A stretch of 64,000 nt of DNA from Vicugna vicugna (GCA_013265495.1 MU058650.1:27394-91393); one strand, 5' to 3'. Positions 48,331 through 61,840 are shown, counted from the stretch's first letter. The notes: generated from the letters alone by a model not told the origin. Program-made: numbers and translations.

Positions 48331-50341
48331 TCAGTCACTATGTTCCTTGTCTGAATTTTTATTTTTTTGGTTACCATGACCTCTGCTGGTGCTTCTCTTT
48401 ACTTTATCTTAGGACAATCCTTTTTCCAGTGTCCTCCTTCTTTACAAAAAGCATGTTGATCATTTTCTAGCCAAGGAAGCTGTCTCTCTCTCTTTTTAGA
48501 AGTTCTCCCCTTTAATAGGGCTTTAATAGGGGGCCTCATAGAGCATCTTAATTGGTTTTGCTCTGTTGCTCTCTAGCATTGTAAACTTTAAAAGCAACTT
48601 CAGCTAATTGCCCTGGACTCGTGGCAATCACCCCTTTTACTCAGTTTCACTTTTTTCCTATTGTCAGGGGAGCTCTGGCTAGTAAATGTCATATGGATCA
48701 TTTTCATATTTTCAGAGGCCTCATGATCCATAACCATATACTTTCTATATGCCCAGTCAATGCATTGTAAAAAGACAGAAGGGTTTTCACTGATTTCTTG
48801 CTGGACTTCTTGCACCTTATTTAAGCTCTTCTGTTTGGGGAAGCCTCTTTTAAGTCCTGCAAGGACACATTTGCTGTAGTGGTGTAGCATGAACACGCCC
48901 GCATTGGTGTTAGGGTCCCAGCTGGGTTCAGCCTGAAGAATGGCTATATGAGGAGCCGGGGTTTGATTAGGGTCTGCATCATATAGCTTTTGAGCTTCCT
49001 GTCTCATTTTGTTGGCTACTAGCTGCTGCTCGTCACTCGTCAATAATATACTTAGGAGTGCCAACTAAAAAACTGGCACTTGCCGTCTACCTCTGCTTGG
49101 ATTCAAACATGAGCCACTGCAGCCGCTGACCTCCAACACTCCCTGAAAGCAGTTCGGGATGGAGGTCAGGAATGAGCTGCTCTGTGCTCCGGGAAAACTG
49201 GTGGAGCAGGACTTCAGGTAGTTAAATACTTTCGGGAGAGGATTTTATGAGCCCAAATTCTTGGGTATTCTCATATCTAGAAAAGTACTCAAATCATTGA
49301 CGGTGATACCTGCTCCTCGTAACTAGCAGTTTGCCTCTGCCTAACTGTGTGTTTGACTGCACGTACCCCTTTCACTAAAATCATATATAATACTGAATTT
49401 TTCCCCTGCCTTTTCAGAACAGTTTCTTAGAGCTCTCTGAAATGCTGTCCCCCAGGCTATAGCCCTCATTTTGCCCCCAAATAAAACTTAACCCACAGCT
49501 CTCACATTGTGCAATTTAATTCCAGTCAACAGGAGTGACTAAATATCCACTGTCAAACAAGCTGACCATTTTCTGAGGATCATCACTATACGATGGATTA
49601 TGGCTTTTCCAATTCATCAAATCTGAAGTGGTGAGTGGGCCATAATTCCAAAAGTATCCATCTGTTTGACCCTGGCCATTAGTGTCCATAGAAAGTTACT
49701 GTAATGGGAATTGCACTTCTTTGCTTCCCCTGCTTCTGAGGGTCCCTGGCTCAAAAGAGTACCCTGTTAGGTCCTTGAATTAGAGACCAGACTTGCCCCG
49801 TGTTCATAGTCTAGGGGTTCATTTTTTTATAGACAAGGGAAGGTAAATATTTTTGGGCACTGGGCCAGCTGGGGCTTCCAAGGCTTCAGCTGCTACTGCC
49901 GGAGCTGGCAGAGCTGGTGCTGGTGTTTGTGGTGGACTGAAATATGAATCTGTTAAATGGAATCTTAACACCTAAGGTTAAAAAAGCATCCTCTACCTTT
50001 TCATCTTCTATTTTCTTAAGTGGAACACTTTTAACCATTCTTCGCATCATCAACTTGTTCTTATGCTGTTTGCTTTCCTCATTACGGAGCTGTATAAATG
50101 CCTGCACGTAGGGGATTTTTCCCATCTTTCCATTCCAGTGGCAAAACAATTTTAATTGCAAGATAGTAAAGTAATTAAGACTACCATACAGAGGCCATTT
50201 TTCATCACTATCAAGAGCCTTATGTTGTGCTAATAAAAATACCATTTTCCTCTTCATCATAGGGTTATAGCTGTAAGTTGACCAGCTGGCTAGCAGTTTC
50301 CCCAAAGGACTATCAGATTGAATCAAGGAAGTGCTTTCCAT
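48331..50341 (-). pseudogene. gag: ERV gag remnant
   Basis: MA-like SPLGKLLASW..WPLYGSLNYFTILQL.LFC...IPYVQAF; CA major homology region SLNKVQEVQQEISENPSVFL; degenerate zinc knuckle [15 protein letters not shown] (~48410-48460). Confidence 0.85.
49059..49531 (+). mobile_element. Solo ERV1-like LTR inserted in gag
   Basis: TG...CA termini, AATAAA at ~49480, 4-bp TSD GGAG (49055-49058 and 49532-49535); same family as 58754-59235. Confidence 0.85.
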
Positions 50342-50963
50342 GATTGAGTAACAGTGTACACCAATCTCAATAAACAGAAATACCGTTGACCAGCAAATGC
50401 AAGCCAAACAGAAACGAGAAACCAAAACTGAAACACAACTGTCTTTTAAATTCCGCTAAGCTTGTGACCAGGTCCAAGTGACCAAGCCTTTTAAGAGAAG
50501 GAGTGTCCCAAGACTGGGAATCTCCCCAAATGGGCAAGGTCAAGGAGGCCCAGGAGTGCATTTCTGGGAACATACCTAGGTCTGGTAGAAGGAATCACAA
50601 CCGCTCAGATACTGTTCTTCCCCAATGGGGATTTTTTCCCCCCATCCAGCAGAAATTTTGGAGCAGTCCCAGTGGGTGGAGGGAGAGGGAAGGTCCCCAA
50701 GGCAAAGGAGGCCTTGACAGCTGCTGGGGCCTTCCTCTTTCCCTGACTTTTAGCCTCATCTTGGAGTTTGGGCCAACAGGACAGCAAGTCAGGGCCCCCC
50801 TTCCAGGAGGCAGAGCCTACAAGTGAGTTCCCCCCTGGAGATCTGGCCTCCTAAGTGACCCCCAAACCTCCACACTCCCAAGGGAGGCTGGCATGGAGGA
50901 CCACCTAGGAGCACCCCACCAAGCCAGAGAGATCTGTGGTTGGGTTGCCTGTAGGTCAGAATG

Positions 50964-50981
50964 ACCCCTGACAAGCCACCA
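50964..50981 (-). promoter_or_regulatory. Primer binding site, tRNA-Pro-like
   Basis: Reverse strand TGGTGGCTTGTCAGGGGT vs canonical PBS-Pro TGGGGGCTCGTCCGGGAT (14/18), adjacent to the 5' LTR. Confidence 0.75.
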
Positions 50982-50986
50982 AAATT

Positions 50987-51534
50987 CATTGCTGAAATGT
51001 CAGCCTCTGTGCATCAGTGTGGAATAGAGTTTTGGAGACAGTTTTGGGTGAAGTAGAAAAGAAAGAGTTTTAATTGCTTTGTCAGATAATGAGTATCACA
51101 GTAGTCTAGCACCTTTAAAACTGTGTGTCCACCAGGGATGGGGTGTGGGGAAGTTTTATGAGAAGGACTTGGGGTGGGGTGTGGAGCTGTTGATAAAGAT
51201 CATAATGTGGGGGTCTTGCATTCTGCTTGTTCCAGAAGTCCTGGTCATGGAAATCTCCTAATGGCTTTGTGGGTCTCTGGTGCTCAGGTGGTTATTAGAA
51301 CATTACTTTATTCCTAGAACAAAGGAGGTTGGGTGGGGGTGGGGGAGAGGAATGAGAGTGAATATAATGGGAAGATTATGGATTATAGCACAGAAGCAGT
51401 TGAGCAAGTTAAACAGTGATGGGGGTTTGTCAGGGAAAAAAAACAAGTTTCAAGAACTCCCAGTCAGAGTGAATGAGCTAACAGCTTTAGCATCAGAGAA
51501 GCCATTTTGGACCAGAGGCTAGTTTACTGCTTCA
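50987..51534 (-). mobile_element. 5' LTR of the provirus
   Basis: Bounded by the PBS and the GTAG TSD; reverse strand starts TGAAGCAG; U5 matches 39002-39068. Confidence 0.85.
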
Positions 51535-52184
51535 GTAGTAAAACTGCTTTTCAGAAAACTGATACTAATTAACACACACACCTATTGTTTATGTGCTTTC
51601 CTATGTTTCTCCCAAAACACACAGGGAGGATTTTGTTTCTAAAAACTCTTCAGTGTTGGAAAACAGAAAACAAAAAAGGACTCCTTTATGTTTTTATTTT
51701 TTAAATTTCCTTTCCCTTACATTGTGACTGAAGTTAGACTCTTTCCAAATACTTATTCTTTTGTAGTTCTTACACTCTGAAACCTCTTTATCATTGTTGA
51801 CCATTAAAAAATAGTGTTTTAAAATTTTTTTACCTTAATTTCTGTATTTTGGAAAAGTATTTCCCTAGTTTGTTATTTAATTTTGCTAATAATGACTTTT
51901 TGCTGTATACCATTTGTAAATTTTAATCCAAGGATATTGCTCTTACCCTTGGTAATTGCTGATTTCATACTTTAAAAGTTCATTTATGCTTAGAAATCCA
52001 CAGATCACAAAAACTAATTATCCAGAATGTCATTTTATTATTAGAAGACTTTAGTTTTACATTTACCCTAAATTACTTTCCATAATTTTTGACTTTAGCT
52101 TCTTTGTTTCACTCTTGAATTTATTTTGGCGTGTGATGTGAAATGAAGATCTAAATTATTGTCCTCATATGCAAGTACTTTGTT

Positions 52185-52460
52185 GCTTAGCTATTTTATA
52201 TACAGTAATTTGTACATGCTAGTTTATCCTTCCTCCTGCCTTCTCCCTTTGGTAACCATGTTTGTTTTCTCTGTGAGTCCATTTCTGTTTTGAAAATAAA
52301 TTCATTTGTATCATATTTGAGATTCCACATATAATTGATATCATATATTTGTCTTTGTCTGACTTACTTCATTCAGTATGATAATCTCTTAGATCCATCC
52401 CTGTTGCTGCAAATGGCATTATTTTATTCTTTTCTATGGCTGAGTAGTTTTCCCTTATGT
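52185..52460 (-). mobile_element. L1 3'UTR fragment
   Basis: CCCTTTGGTAACCA..GATTCCACATATAA..GCTGCAAATGGCATTATTTTATTC antisense 3'UTR. Confidence 0.75.
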
Positions 52461-52889
52461 ATACATACATTTACATATTGCAATATAATTACCACTATAG
52501 CTTTAGGTAACACTTTTAGCGCATCATTAATTACCATTTCTTTTTTGCAGTAAGAACATTTAAGATCTACTCTCTTAGAAATTTTCAATACAGTACTGTA
52601 AATTATAATCATAGTGTGTACATTAAATCCCCAGAGCTTATTAATCTTTTAACTGAAAATTTGTACCTTTTGACTGATATGTCCTTGTTTCTCCCACCCT
52701 CTGGTCCCAGGCAACAAAAATACACTCTATTTCTACAAATTTGGCCTTTTTAGATTCCATATATAAGTGATGTCATACATTATTTGTCTTTCGCTGAGTT
52801 TTTTCACTTCACATAATACTCTCAACCCCCAAGTTTCACTTATGTTGTCTAAATGACAGGATTTCCTTCTTTCCCATGCTGGGAAAAAA

Positions 52890-52927
<38 letters not shown>

Positions 52928-54620
52928 ACGTACAGTTGAATCTATATAAATCACATCTTCTTTATTAGTCTGTTGACAATGACACTTTATTTTTCCATAT
53001 CTTCATTACTGTGAATAATGCTGCAACAAATTAGAATGCAGATATCTTTTCTAAATCTTGTTTTCACTTTTTTGGACATATACCCAAATGTGGGATTGCA
53101 CCTATGATAGTTCAATTTCATTTTTTTGGAAGGAAACTTTATACTGTTTTCCATAGCGGTTGCACCACCAGCATTGCATAAGTATTCACTGTTCTGTACA
53201 CCCTCACCAACACTTTTTATCTCTTATTTTTGATAATAGCTATTCTAACAGGTGTGAGTTGATATATCATTGAGGTATTGATTTGCATTCCCCTGATGAT
53301 TAGTGATGTTGAGCAACTTTTCATGTACCTGTTGGTTACTTGTAGGTCTTTGGGGAAATGTTGATTATGTTCCTCTGTCCATTTTTAAATTTGGTTGTTT
53401 GCTTTTTTTATTATTGTGTTGTATGAGTTCCCTACATATTTTGAATATTAACCCCTAAACAGATAAATGATTTGCAAACATATCTCCCATTCTGTAAGTT
53501 GTCTTTTAGTTTTGTTGAGTGCTGCTTTTGCTGTGCAGAAGCTTTTTAGTTTGACATAGTCTCATTTATTTATTGTCCAAATAAACTTGTTGCTTGTACT
53601 TTTGGTGTCATATCAAAACAATTGTTGCTAAGACCAATGTCAAGGAGCTTTCCTTCCTATGTTTTCTTCTAGGCATTTTACAGTCAGGTTTTATGTTTAA
53701 GTCTGAAACCCATTTCAAGTTAATTTCTGTGAATGTTTTAAGATGAGGAGGGGTCCAATTTCAGTTTTCTCCATGTGCCTATCCGGTTTTCACAATACCA
53801 TTTATTGCAAAGACTCAAGGGTGCCCCACTTGTTCATCACTCTTGTTCAACATAGTATTGAAACTCTTAGCTTACGCAAGATAAGTAAATAAAAAGCATC
53901 CAAATCAGAAAGAAAAAAGTGAAATTGTCTTTATTTGTACATGATATGATCTTATATATGGAAAACCCTATTCAACAAAAAACTTGTTGGAACTAATCAA
54001 TGAATTCAGTAAAGTTGCAGATTACAAAATAAATGTACAGAAATCAGTTGCATTTAGGTACACAAACAATGAAATATTTGGAAAAAGAAATTAAAGGAAA
54101 AAAATCACATTCACAAATAGCATCAAAACCAATAAACTAACTAAGAATAAATTTAAACAAGGAAGTGAAAGGTCTTTACACTAAATCATAAGACTCTGAT
54201 GAAAGAATCTGAAGAAGAAACAAACAAGTGGAAAGCTAGCCTGTGTTCATGGGCTGGAAGAATTAAACTGTTAAAATGTTCATACTACCCAAAGCCATCT
54301 ACAGGTTCAATGCCTGTCAAAATTCCAATGATTATTTTCCACAGAAGTAGAAAAAAATCCTAAAATTTGTATGGCATCACAAAAGATGCCATATAGACAA
54401 AGGAATCCTGAAGAACAACAGAGATGAAGGCATCACATTTCCTGATTTAAAACTATACTACAAAGCCATAGCAAACAAAACAGTATGGTATTGGCATAAA
54501 ATAGACATATAGACACATGAAACAGAATAGAGAGCCCAGAAATAAACTTCCACATGTATAGTTAACTAATATTTGAAAAGAAAGCCAAAAAATGTTCAAT
54601 GGGAAAGGACAGTCTCTTCC
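52460..54620 (-). mobile_element. L1MA-type element with a classic 5' inversion (switch at ~53815)
   Basis: Antisense arm ends ..CCATTTATTGCAAAGACT; sense arm ends ..GGGAAAGGACAGTCTCTTC, so the two arms meet at the same ORF2 position. Confidence 0.85.
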
Positions 54621-54879
54621 CAATCCTTTTTCAAACCTTTGTTGCAGAGCTTCAATTCTCACTTGTCTCTGCAGGGAAATAAGGAATATTCCTGACTATG
54701 GTCTGAGCAAAACTGTCTATCCATAGATAGATAGATAGATTCCTGTCCTCTTGCGTAAGTGCCCAGGTCCTGGGTTAATCTGCAGACCTGTCCCTGAAGA
54801 CCCAGCTAAAATCAGTCTTCTGTAAATTCTGCCAATTTACATAGAGTTCAGATGTAGTTTATTCCAACATGTTTTGCTT

Positions 54880-55470
54880 CCAGAGACTTCAGTGAATCAA
54901 ATCCATTGTACTACAAGGCATACTGTATAATCTTTCTTAAATGTAAATCTAATTGTTTATCTACTACTTGAAACTTTTCAAAATTTTCCTAAGGACCCCA
55001 AGGTAAGTTTCAAATCCCTTAAGAGATGTTTATAAGCTACTGCACAATCGAGTCAAGGCTTCTGTCTCTGACTCAACTACTCCATGGTTCCATGCTATTG
55101 CTCCACTGCTGTTTAACTCTCTGTAGTGCAACTTCAGCATCTGACTTTCTCTTCTTACACATGCTGGTCCCTCAGCCTGGAATGCCTCTCCTTACCTGTT
55201 CACCTGATTACCTCTCAATAGTCCTTTAGGTCTAGATTTAGACATCATTTCCTGCAGGAAGCTCCTTTGAAATCACCTTCTCCGCACCAGGTCTAGAATA
55301 GATGCCCCTCCTATGTGATCCTCAAGTACTCTGGATATCCTTTGTAAGTGCACTTGTTACACTATATGAAAATTGAATGCTTAAGTACTTGTACCCCCCA
55401 TTTAACTCTAAACTCTATGAATGTATGTTGTTTCTTTTGTGTTTGGCACACAATAGACAATAATAAATAC
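54880..55470 (+). mobile_element. L2 3' fragment
   Basis: GCTGGTCCCTCAGCCTGGAATGCC..TCCTGCAGGAAGC..TTGGCACACAATAGACAATAATAAATAC. Confidence 0.7.
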
Positions 55471-55569
55471 TTATATATAAATATTATGTTCAAGTTCTAA
55501 TAATTTAATATAGATTGAAAAATGTGGTTAACCAGTACTTAGATATTTAAGAGTGGGGTTATTTTGTTC

Positions 55570-55750
55570 TGTGTCAGCTAGATTTAATTTTAAATCACCT
55601 AACCACTGTGAGTCTCAGTTAACTAATCTATAAAATAAGGAAATAATTGACTTTCTCACAGGGGTATTGAGAGAATTGAATGAGGCAATGAATGTAGGAT
55701 GATGAATAGGCAGTGTTTTATAAAGTACAAAGCATCACACCCTGAAGGCG
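55570..55750 (+). mobile_element. MIR fragment
   Basis: TCACCTAACCACTGTGAGTCTCAGTT..ATCTATAAAATAAGG core. Confidence 0.6.
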
Positions 55751-57076
55751 CTGTTATAATGAGATACTGTTTCTAGTTGATTGACTGCATCCAAACTAAG
55801 GATTATTTGGACTTAAATGCTTTGAAAACCAAGCATTTCTATTTTTTTCTTCAAAATTACTAGTTAGGAATTGAACGATTTAGCCCTTTTCTTAAAAGAA
55901 TCTCAGGCATTGGAGAGATTTTATTTTTTTAAGTAGGCAGAATAGATCATGGGGTGAAAGTTGGGAAATTGATAAAGCCCAGGAGAGCCTGATGCTAGAA
56001 ACTTCTGGGGAAATTGGAAGTTCTGTCCTTTCAGAATACTGTCTTGGCTCTGCCTTGGCCCTACTCTGTCAGCAGACCTCCTATGAGCTCGAGCACTTTC
56101 TCAATCTTTCACTTCCTGTTATAGGAGGCCATAGTTTTCCATCATGTCATTTACCTGTAACCCACTTGTTGTCTTTCCTCTTTACCCTCATTTAATCTCC
56201 ATTTTCATTCCACATATATTCTGAGATATCAATATCTGTGTCCATTCATTATTTGAGATAGAATTTTAAGTTTTTTAAAAAAAATATTGTTAGCTCCCAC
56301 ATTTGCTACCCTACAATATACGCTCACTTTTTTTTAGTTCTCTTAAGTTTCTGTCCAAGGAATACTTTTCTTCTTAAAAGAATTATAATATAGATTTTAA
56401 ACTTTTATCACTTAGCGCCAACTGCAACCTTCTGTGGGACTTTAAGAGCAAAACTCACTTTTGGCTTTTTTTTTTTTTTTTTTTTCTTTTAATCTTCAGG
56501 GAGAGGAGCACAGCAACTGGGTTCCCTTCCCCCCTCCCCTCTCTCACTCAGGTAAGAGCAGCCCAGACGTGGGAAGTGCGTCCTTCCTCCCTTGGATCTT
56601 ACCTGTCACTTTAGAACAACTAATTTCTGTAAGACCATCTTCTTATCCCTTTACCCTGCAATTCTATGACTTCTCTCTGTGAGGCAGAGTTTAACAACCA
56701 ATGTGCTATGATGAAGTTGTCAACCTTGAAACAAGCAGCTTATGGATCGCAAGCATGTGGTTTTTCTTCAGCCTACATGATGGCTAGGCAGCGTCTCAGG
56801 TCTTCAGTGCCTTCACTCTGGTGCTCTCTACACAGTATTATTTTGTATGTGTTTCTTGAGAACGATTGCAGAGCGATGCTTAACGGACAATACTTACATG
56901 ACATGTGATTCAGGAGACCCTAGTTGGTATTTCCATTTCAGCAAATCTGCAATGTTACAATAGGAAGCCCAGTATTTCATTTTTATAAGAATCCTAAGTG
57001 TCGGCTAGGAGAAATGCTGAAGTAGCTTCTAGGACTGCAGGCTGAGCCCTGGAAGCTGGGGTTTTAAAACATAAAG

Positions 57077-58690
57077 AGGGTGGGATTGCCAAAATGGCAG
57101 AGTAGAAGGACTCAGTGCTCACCCTTTCCCACAAATACAACAAAAACTACATCTACATATGGAACAATTTGCACAAAACACCTACTGAACTTTGGCAGAA
57201 TATCTCTTACATTGGAAAAATACAAGGAGAATCCTCACAAAACTGGGTAGATGAAAAAAAAAGAAAAAGGAAAGGGAGCTTCAGAGGCTTGGAGGAGAAA
57301 ACAGCAGCTGCTTGGCAGACAGAACTGAGATAAACTGGCGCAGAGGGTCCATGCGATCCGTAGACCAAGACGCAAGGCAGTGGGGGTGGGCTGAAACTGG
57401 GGACTAGAGCTCAGGCTTCCATGGATGAGCCTGGGGAGAGGACTGGGGTTGACTGCACAGAGGCAAGCTTAGGGGGAGTATGTGCAGAAGAGTCTGGGTC
57501 CCCCCATACAGAGCCCTACTGCTGACATGCATGGGACGGAGGGATGGTAGCAGCCATCTCCACTAGCCCAGAGGGAGTTGCTCAGCATTGTTGGCACATG
57601 CTCTCCTGAGCAGAGGGCATGGCACAAACACAGCCATCTTCTCAGCTTGCTTTGGGGGAGGCACAATCACTGGTGCACCGCTCTCTGGTAGGGGTGGGGC
57701 TGAAACCTGAATCCATTCCCAGGGGTTCAGCAACTGTGCAGGCAGGACTGAGATTTGGATCCAGCCCCAGGCAGGGTAGCAGATTTGCTCCACTGGTGCC
57801 TTCGTGGGCCCACACCTCTGAGACAACTAAATGGAATTCTGGCATGCAGCTGGGCTGGGTCTGCTTTAACAGCAGGCCTGCACATGCGGGGTGAGGCTGG
57901 GGTCTGGGTTGACTCTGTGTCTCACAGTGGATCCAGGTCCATGAATACATGTGCACTACCGGGTCCTAGTGCCTGGTGTTGGTGGATCTGCACTGGTGGC
58001 TCTGAGGGTACAGAACCTGGGGGACATCAGGGCAGGTTGCCAGCATACCTGTGGCTGAACCAGGGACAAGGGCAGCAACAGCAAAGTGTGCTTTGTAAGC
58101 CCAAACAGAGGCACTTTCTGGTGGGCATGTCCAGTAGAGGTGTGCTCAGCAACTTCCCTTCCAGGGGACATCTCCAGTCACACATGCCACATGCCACAGC
58201 TCAGAAGCTGTCTGGGAGCCTCTGTTCCAACAATGGGGAAGCAGACTCAGCCCGTGTCAGAGTTCCAAAAACCACAGAGCAAAGAGGAGGCCAACCTCAG
58301 CAAGCAGGGCAGGCCCAGGCCACCAAAGCACCCACTACACTCTCAATCAAGAGGCTAACAGCCAGCACACAGGGAGGAAAGATGTGGCAGCCACCCACAC
58401 TAGACATAGCCCTCGTGACAAAAATGTTAGATGTGAACAGTCTACACAGAGAAGCTCCCACATTAAAAAAAAAAAAGAAAAAGCTCTTCAAGACCACAGC
58501 ACATAACTGTTACTTCTAAAATCCCAGATTCAGAGACATACGCCAGAAAAATGAAGAAGCAGAGGAGTCACTCCTAATTAAAAGAACAAGAGAAGTCCCC
58601 TGAAAGAATGAAAAATGAAATAGACCTTGACAGTCTACTACATCCTGAGCTCCCAAAACAGGCGATAAAAGCACTGAAGGAAATAAAAAG
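57077..58690 (+). mobile_element. L1 5'UTR plus the first ~45 codons of ORF1 (3'-truncated)
   Basis: Starts GGGATTGCCAAAATGGCAGAGTAG (YY1-like); ORF1 start ATGAAGAAGCAGAGG at 58551; homologous to 42280-44270 (-). Confidence 0.85.
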
Positions 58691-58753
58691 GGGAAGTTTA
58701 AAAGATTTAGGGTTAAATGAGTAACAGTTAAATTAGTCTTCAAGTTCTCAGTG

Positions 58754-59235
58754 TGCCAGCTAAAAATGTCGCTCGCCACCGAGCTATGCGGGGTGAATCA
58801 TTAGCTACTGCAGTCGCTGACCTTAAACACACCGGGACAGGAGCTCAGGGCGGGGAGCAGGACTGAGATCCTCTCTGCTCTGGGAAAACTGGCAGAGCAG
58901 TACTTCAGATAACTATATATTTCCAGGAAAACATTTTTTTTTTATGAACCTGGATTCTTGCATCTTCCCATACTTAAAATCACTGAAACCATTAACTGAG
59001 ATACCTGTTCCTCATGAGTGGCAGAAACCTTCTATGGGACGTGTGCTTGGTTGCAGGGACCACCTTTAACAAAGTCACGTGTATACTGGTGTCCCCCTTT
59101 ACCTCTTTGGAACACTTTCCCAGAGCTGTCTCAGAGGCTGTCTCCAAGGCTCTAGCCTTTAGTAAGACACAGAATAAACTTGACTTACAGCTTTAACATT
59201 GTGTGTGTGTGTGTGTGTTTTTTTTAAAGGAGACA
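58754..59235 (+). mobile_element. Solo ERV1-like LTR
   Basis: TGCCAGCTAAAAA start, GGGAAAACTGG core, AATAAA at ~59173, end GACA; homologous to 49059-49531. Confidence 0.8.
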
Positions 59236-60859
59236 AATGTTTCTGTCTTTGTGGAAATATGTGGTCTGCTGAAAGGCAGTTGATACATAGATGCAGTTCT
59301 CTCTGGCTAATGGAGTACAGGATGGTTATTTTGTTTGGATGTGAAATGAGGGGGCAAAAGATAGGAAAACCAAGATTCTGGTGTGACCTTAGTCACTGGG
59401 TCAGAGTACTATGTTTGGAGCTTGTCACATGATTCATATACAGGGACAATTGGAGAGCAGGGTTAAAAGATCAAGACAAAACCATCTCCACGGAGAGATC
59501 ACATGAACTTATAAGCCCTTGGTGACAGCAGCCAGGGTTTCAGTTTTCTTTACAGCAGCTTACTTTCTAGCCAGTGTTTCTATTATTATTAATAATATTA
59601 TTGCTATTCATATTTTTAATGAGGACTTGGCACTGCTGTCTTAAAAAAAACTGCAGAATAACTTGCCATCTTTCCCTTTTTACTAAGTGATCCTCTTTTG
59701 TTTACTTCGCATTGGGCATGTTAATTTCTTCCTCAAATGAGTCAGTCAAGATGGAATTGTTACATCAGTTGAAAAGAAGAAAAGTACCAGTATCCTGAAT
59801 CAGGACAGAGCTTGAAAACAAACATAAAAGGCACTGTTTTACTCTCTCTGATGAGGGGGAAATTACAAAGAATATTCTAACAATGAAATAGCAAAATATC
59901 CTGAATATAATATTGTCAAATAGTAATCCATTGTCATGGCCATTCAATTGTCTCATAAGATCCTCATAATTCATAATCAGGGATGGAAAATCAAGAGAGG
60001 TCTATGAAGCAGGTGTTGTGACTGACCTACTGTTCTGATTGGGAAAACATTTCGGGTTTATTTGGAGCCTGACTGATTATTGTTGTCCTGTTCCCACGAT
60101 GCTCCTTTCTGACATTTAAAAAGAAAAGCATTCCAATCCCCTGCTTCTGATGCTGAATGTAATTCAGGTTGGATTTTGTCAGGAAACTGCATTTTAAACG
60201 TAAACCTCAGGTCAATTTCTAAATGTTTCTCCACAGACAAATATTTATTTATAAAATGTAAAAGAATGAAAAGGCTTCAATAAAAAAAATAGAAAAGGGG
60301 AAAAACCCTCACAGGTTAAAAATTAATTAGGTTTTACATGGTTGCCGTGTTTCTGTCAACTTCATATTTTTTGGAAATTTTTACAAAAAATGTCTATCAG
60401 AGTATATATTTTAGAAACATTTTTATAATATACTTTATTAATTTTAATACTCTGCCTCCAACACCTGCTTGTGGGACACATGTGCCCATTGCAATTGCAG
60501 TCTCGTGGCGGGAAAATTGATCACTTTTTCTTTCCTGAGCAGCCACTGAGAAGATCCCCTCAGCTTCCTGCTGGTGGAGCTCCAGCACCTGGTGGAGAAT
60601 AGAGAGAATTATTTCCTCTGCATATGTGGCTAGTTACACTCTTTGAGAGATAAGACATACTCATTCTTCATTCTGTTACAGAATAGTAAACAGGGAGTTT
60701 CAACTGAAGCATCCACATACAAGGATGTGGGATTTCACTGCGATGTACCAGGTCAGGATGCAGGTTTTCAAATATTTGAGAATTGGCTTTACAACTCTAG
60801 AAACTTCTCAACCACAAGAGAGAGAAAAAAGATGTAGAAGGTGGAGATTAAAAGAGCAT

Positions 60860-61840
60860 CTTACCTGCACCAATTTACATTCCCACTAGTGCACGATGGA
60901 TCTCTTTTCTCCACATCCTCATGGAGACACAGCCAACATTTGTTACTTGTGGTCTTTTTGGTAATAGCCATTCTGAGAGGTTTGAGGTGATAACTCATCA
61001 TGGTTTTGATTAACATTTCTCTGATGAATAGTGATGGTGAACACCTTTTCATGTGCATGTTTGCCATCTGTATGTTTTCTTTGGAAAAATATCTGTTTAT
61101 GTCTTCTGCCCATTTTTTGACTGAGTTGTTTGTTTTTTTTCAATATTGAATTGTATGAGCTGTTTGTGTATTTTGGATAGTAACCCCTTGTAAGTAAGTC
61201 ACATCCTTTCCAAATGTTTTTTCCCATTTAGGAGGTTGTCTTTTTTTTTTTTTTTTTTTTTTTTTTTTGTTTTAGCTTTTTTTCAAATTTTAAATATTGT
61301 GTCAAATTCCAGTGTGGAGCACAATTTTTCAGTTATATATGAGCATACATATATTCATTGTCACACTTTTTTCCCTGTGAGCTACCACAAGATCTTGTAT
61401 CTATTTCCCTGTGCTATACAGTATGATCTTGTTTATCTGTTCTACATATGCCTGTCAGTATCTACAAATTTTGAACTCCCAGTCTGTCCCTTCCCACCCC
61501 TCGCCCCCTTGGCAACCTGGGAGGTTGTCTTTTTGTTTGTTGATGGGTTTCTTTGCTATGCAAAAGCTTTTGTGTTTAATTGCGTCCCATGTGTTTATTT
61601 TTGCTTTTGTTTCCTTTGCCTTAGGAAACGGATCCAAAAAAAATATTGCTACAATTTATGTCAAAGAGTGTTCTGCCTATATCAAAAAGTCTTATATTTA
61701 GGCCTTTAAGTCATTTTGAGTTTATTTTTGTATATGGTGTGAGAAAATGTTCTAATTTAATTATTTTACATGTAACAGTTCCGTTTTCCAAGGACCACTT
61801 ATTGAAGAGACTGTCTTCTCCATTGTTTATTCTTGCCTCC
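60860..61840 (-). mobile_element. L1 ORF2 3' fragment
   Basis: [49 protein letters not shown]. Confidence 0.9.
61231..61534 (-). mobile_element. Young L1 3' end nested in an older L1, long poly-T, TSD
   Basis: GGAGGTTGTCTTTT at 61231 and 61520 flanks a ~28-T tract plus 3'UTR. Confidence 0.85.

Larger units (their letters stand above)
39002..51534 (-). mobile_element. Decayed class I (gamma-like, ERV1) provirus with nested insertions
   Basis: 4-bp TSD GTAG (38998-39001 and 51535-51538); matching LTR ends at 39002-39068 and 50987-51055; PBS, gag, pro, RT, RNase H, IN and env remnants in order on the minus strand. Confidence 0.9.

Noticed and set aside
57755..58519. Longest ORF in the window (254 aa)
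   Set aside because: Falls in an L1 5'UTR, is not preserved as such in the homologous copy at 42.3-44.3 kb, and has no domain signature.
60506..60516. E2F consensus TGGCGGGAAAA
   Set aside because: Single isolated motif with no promoter context.
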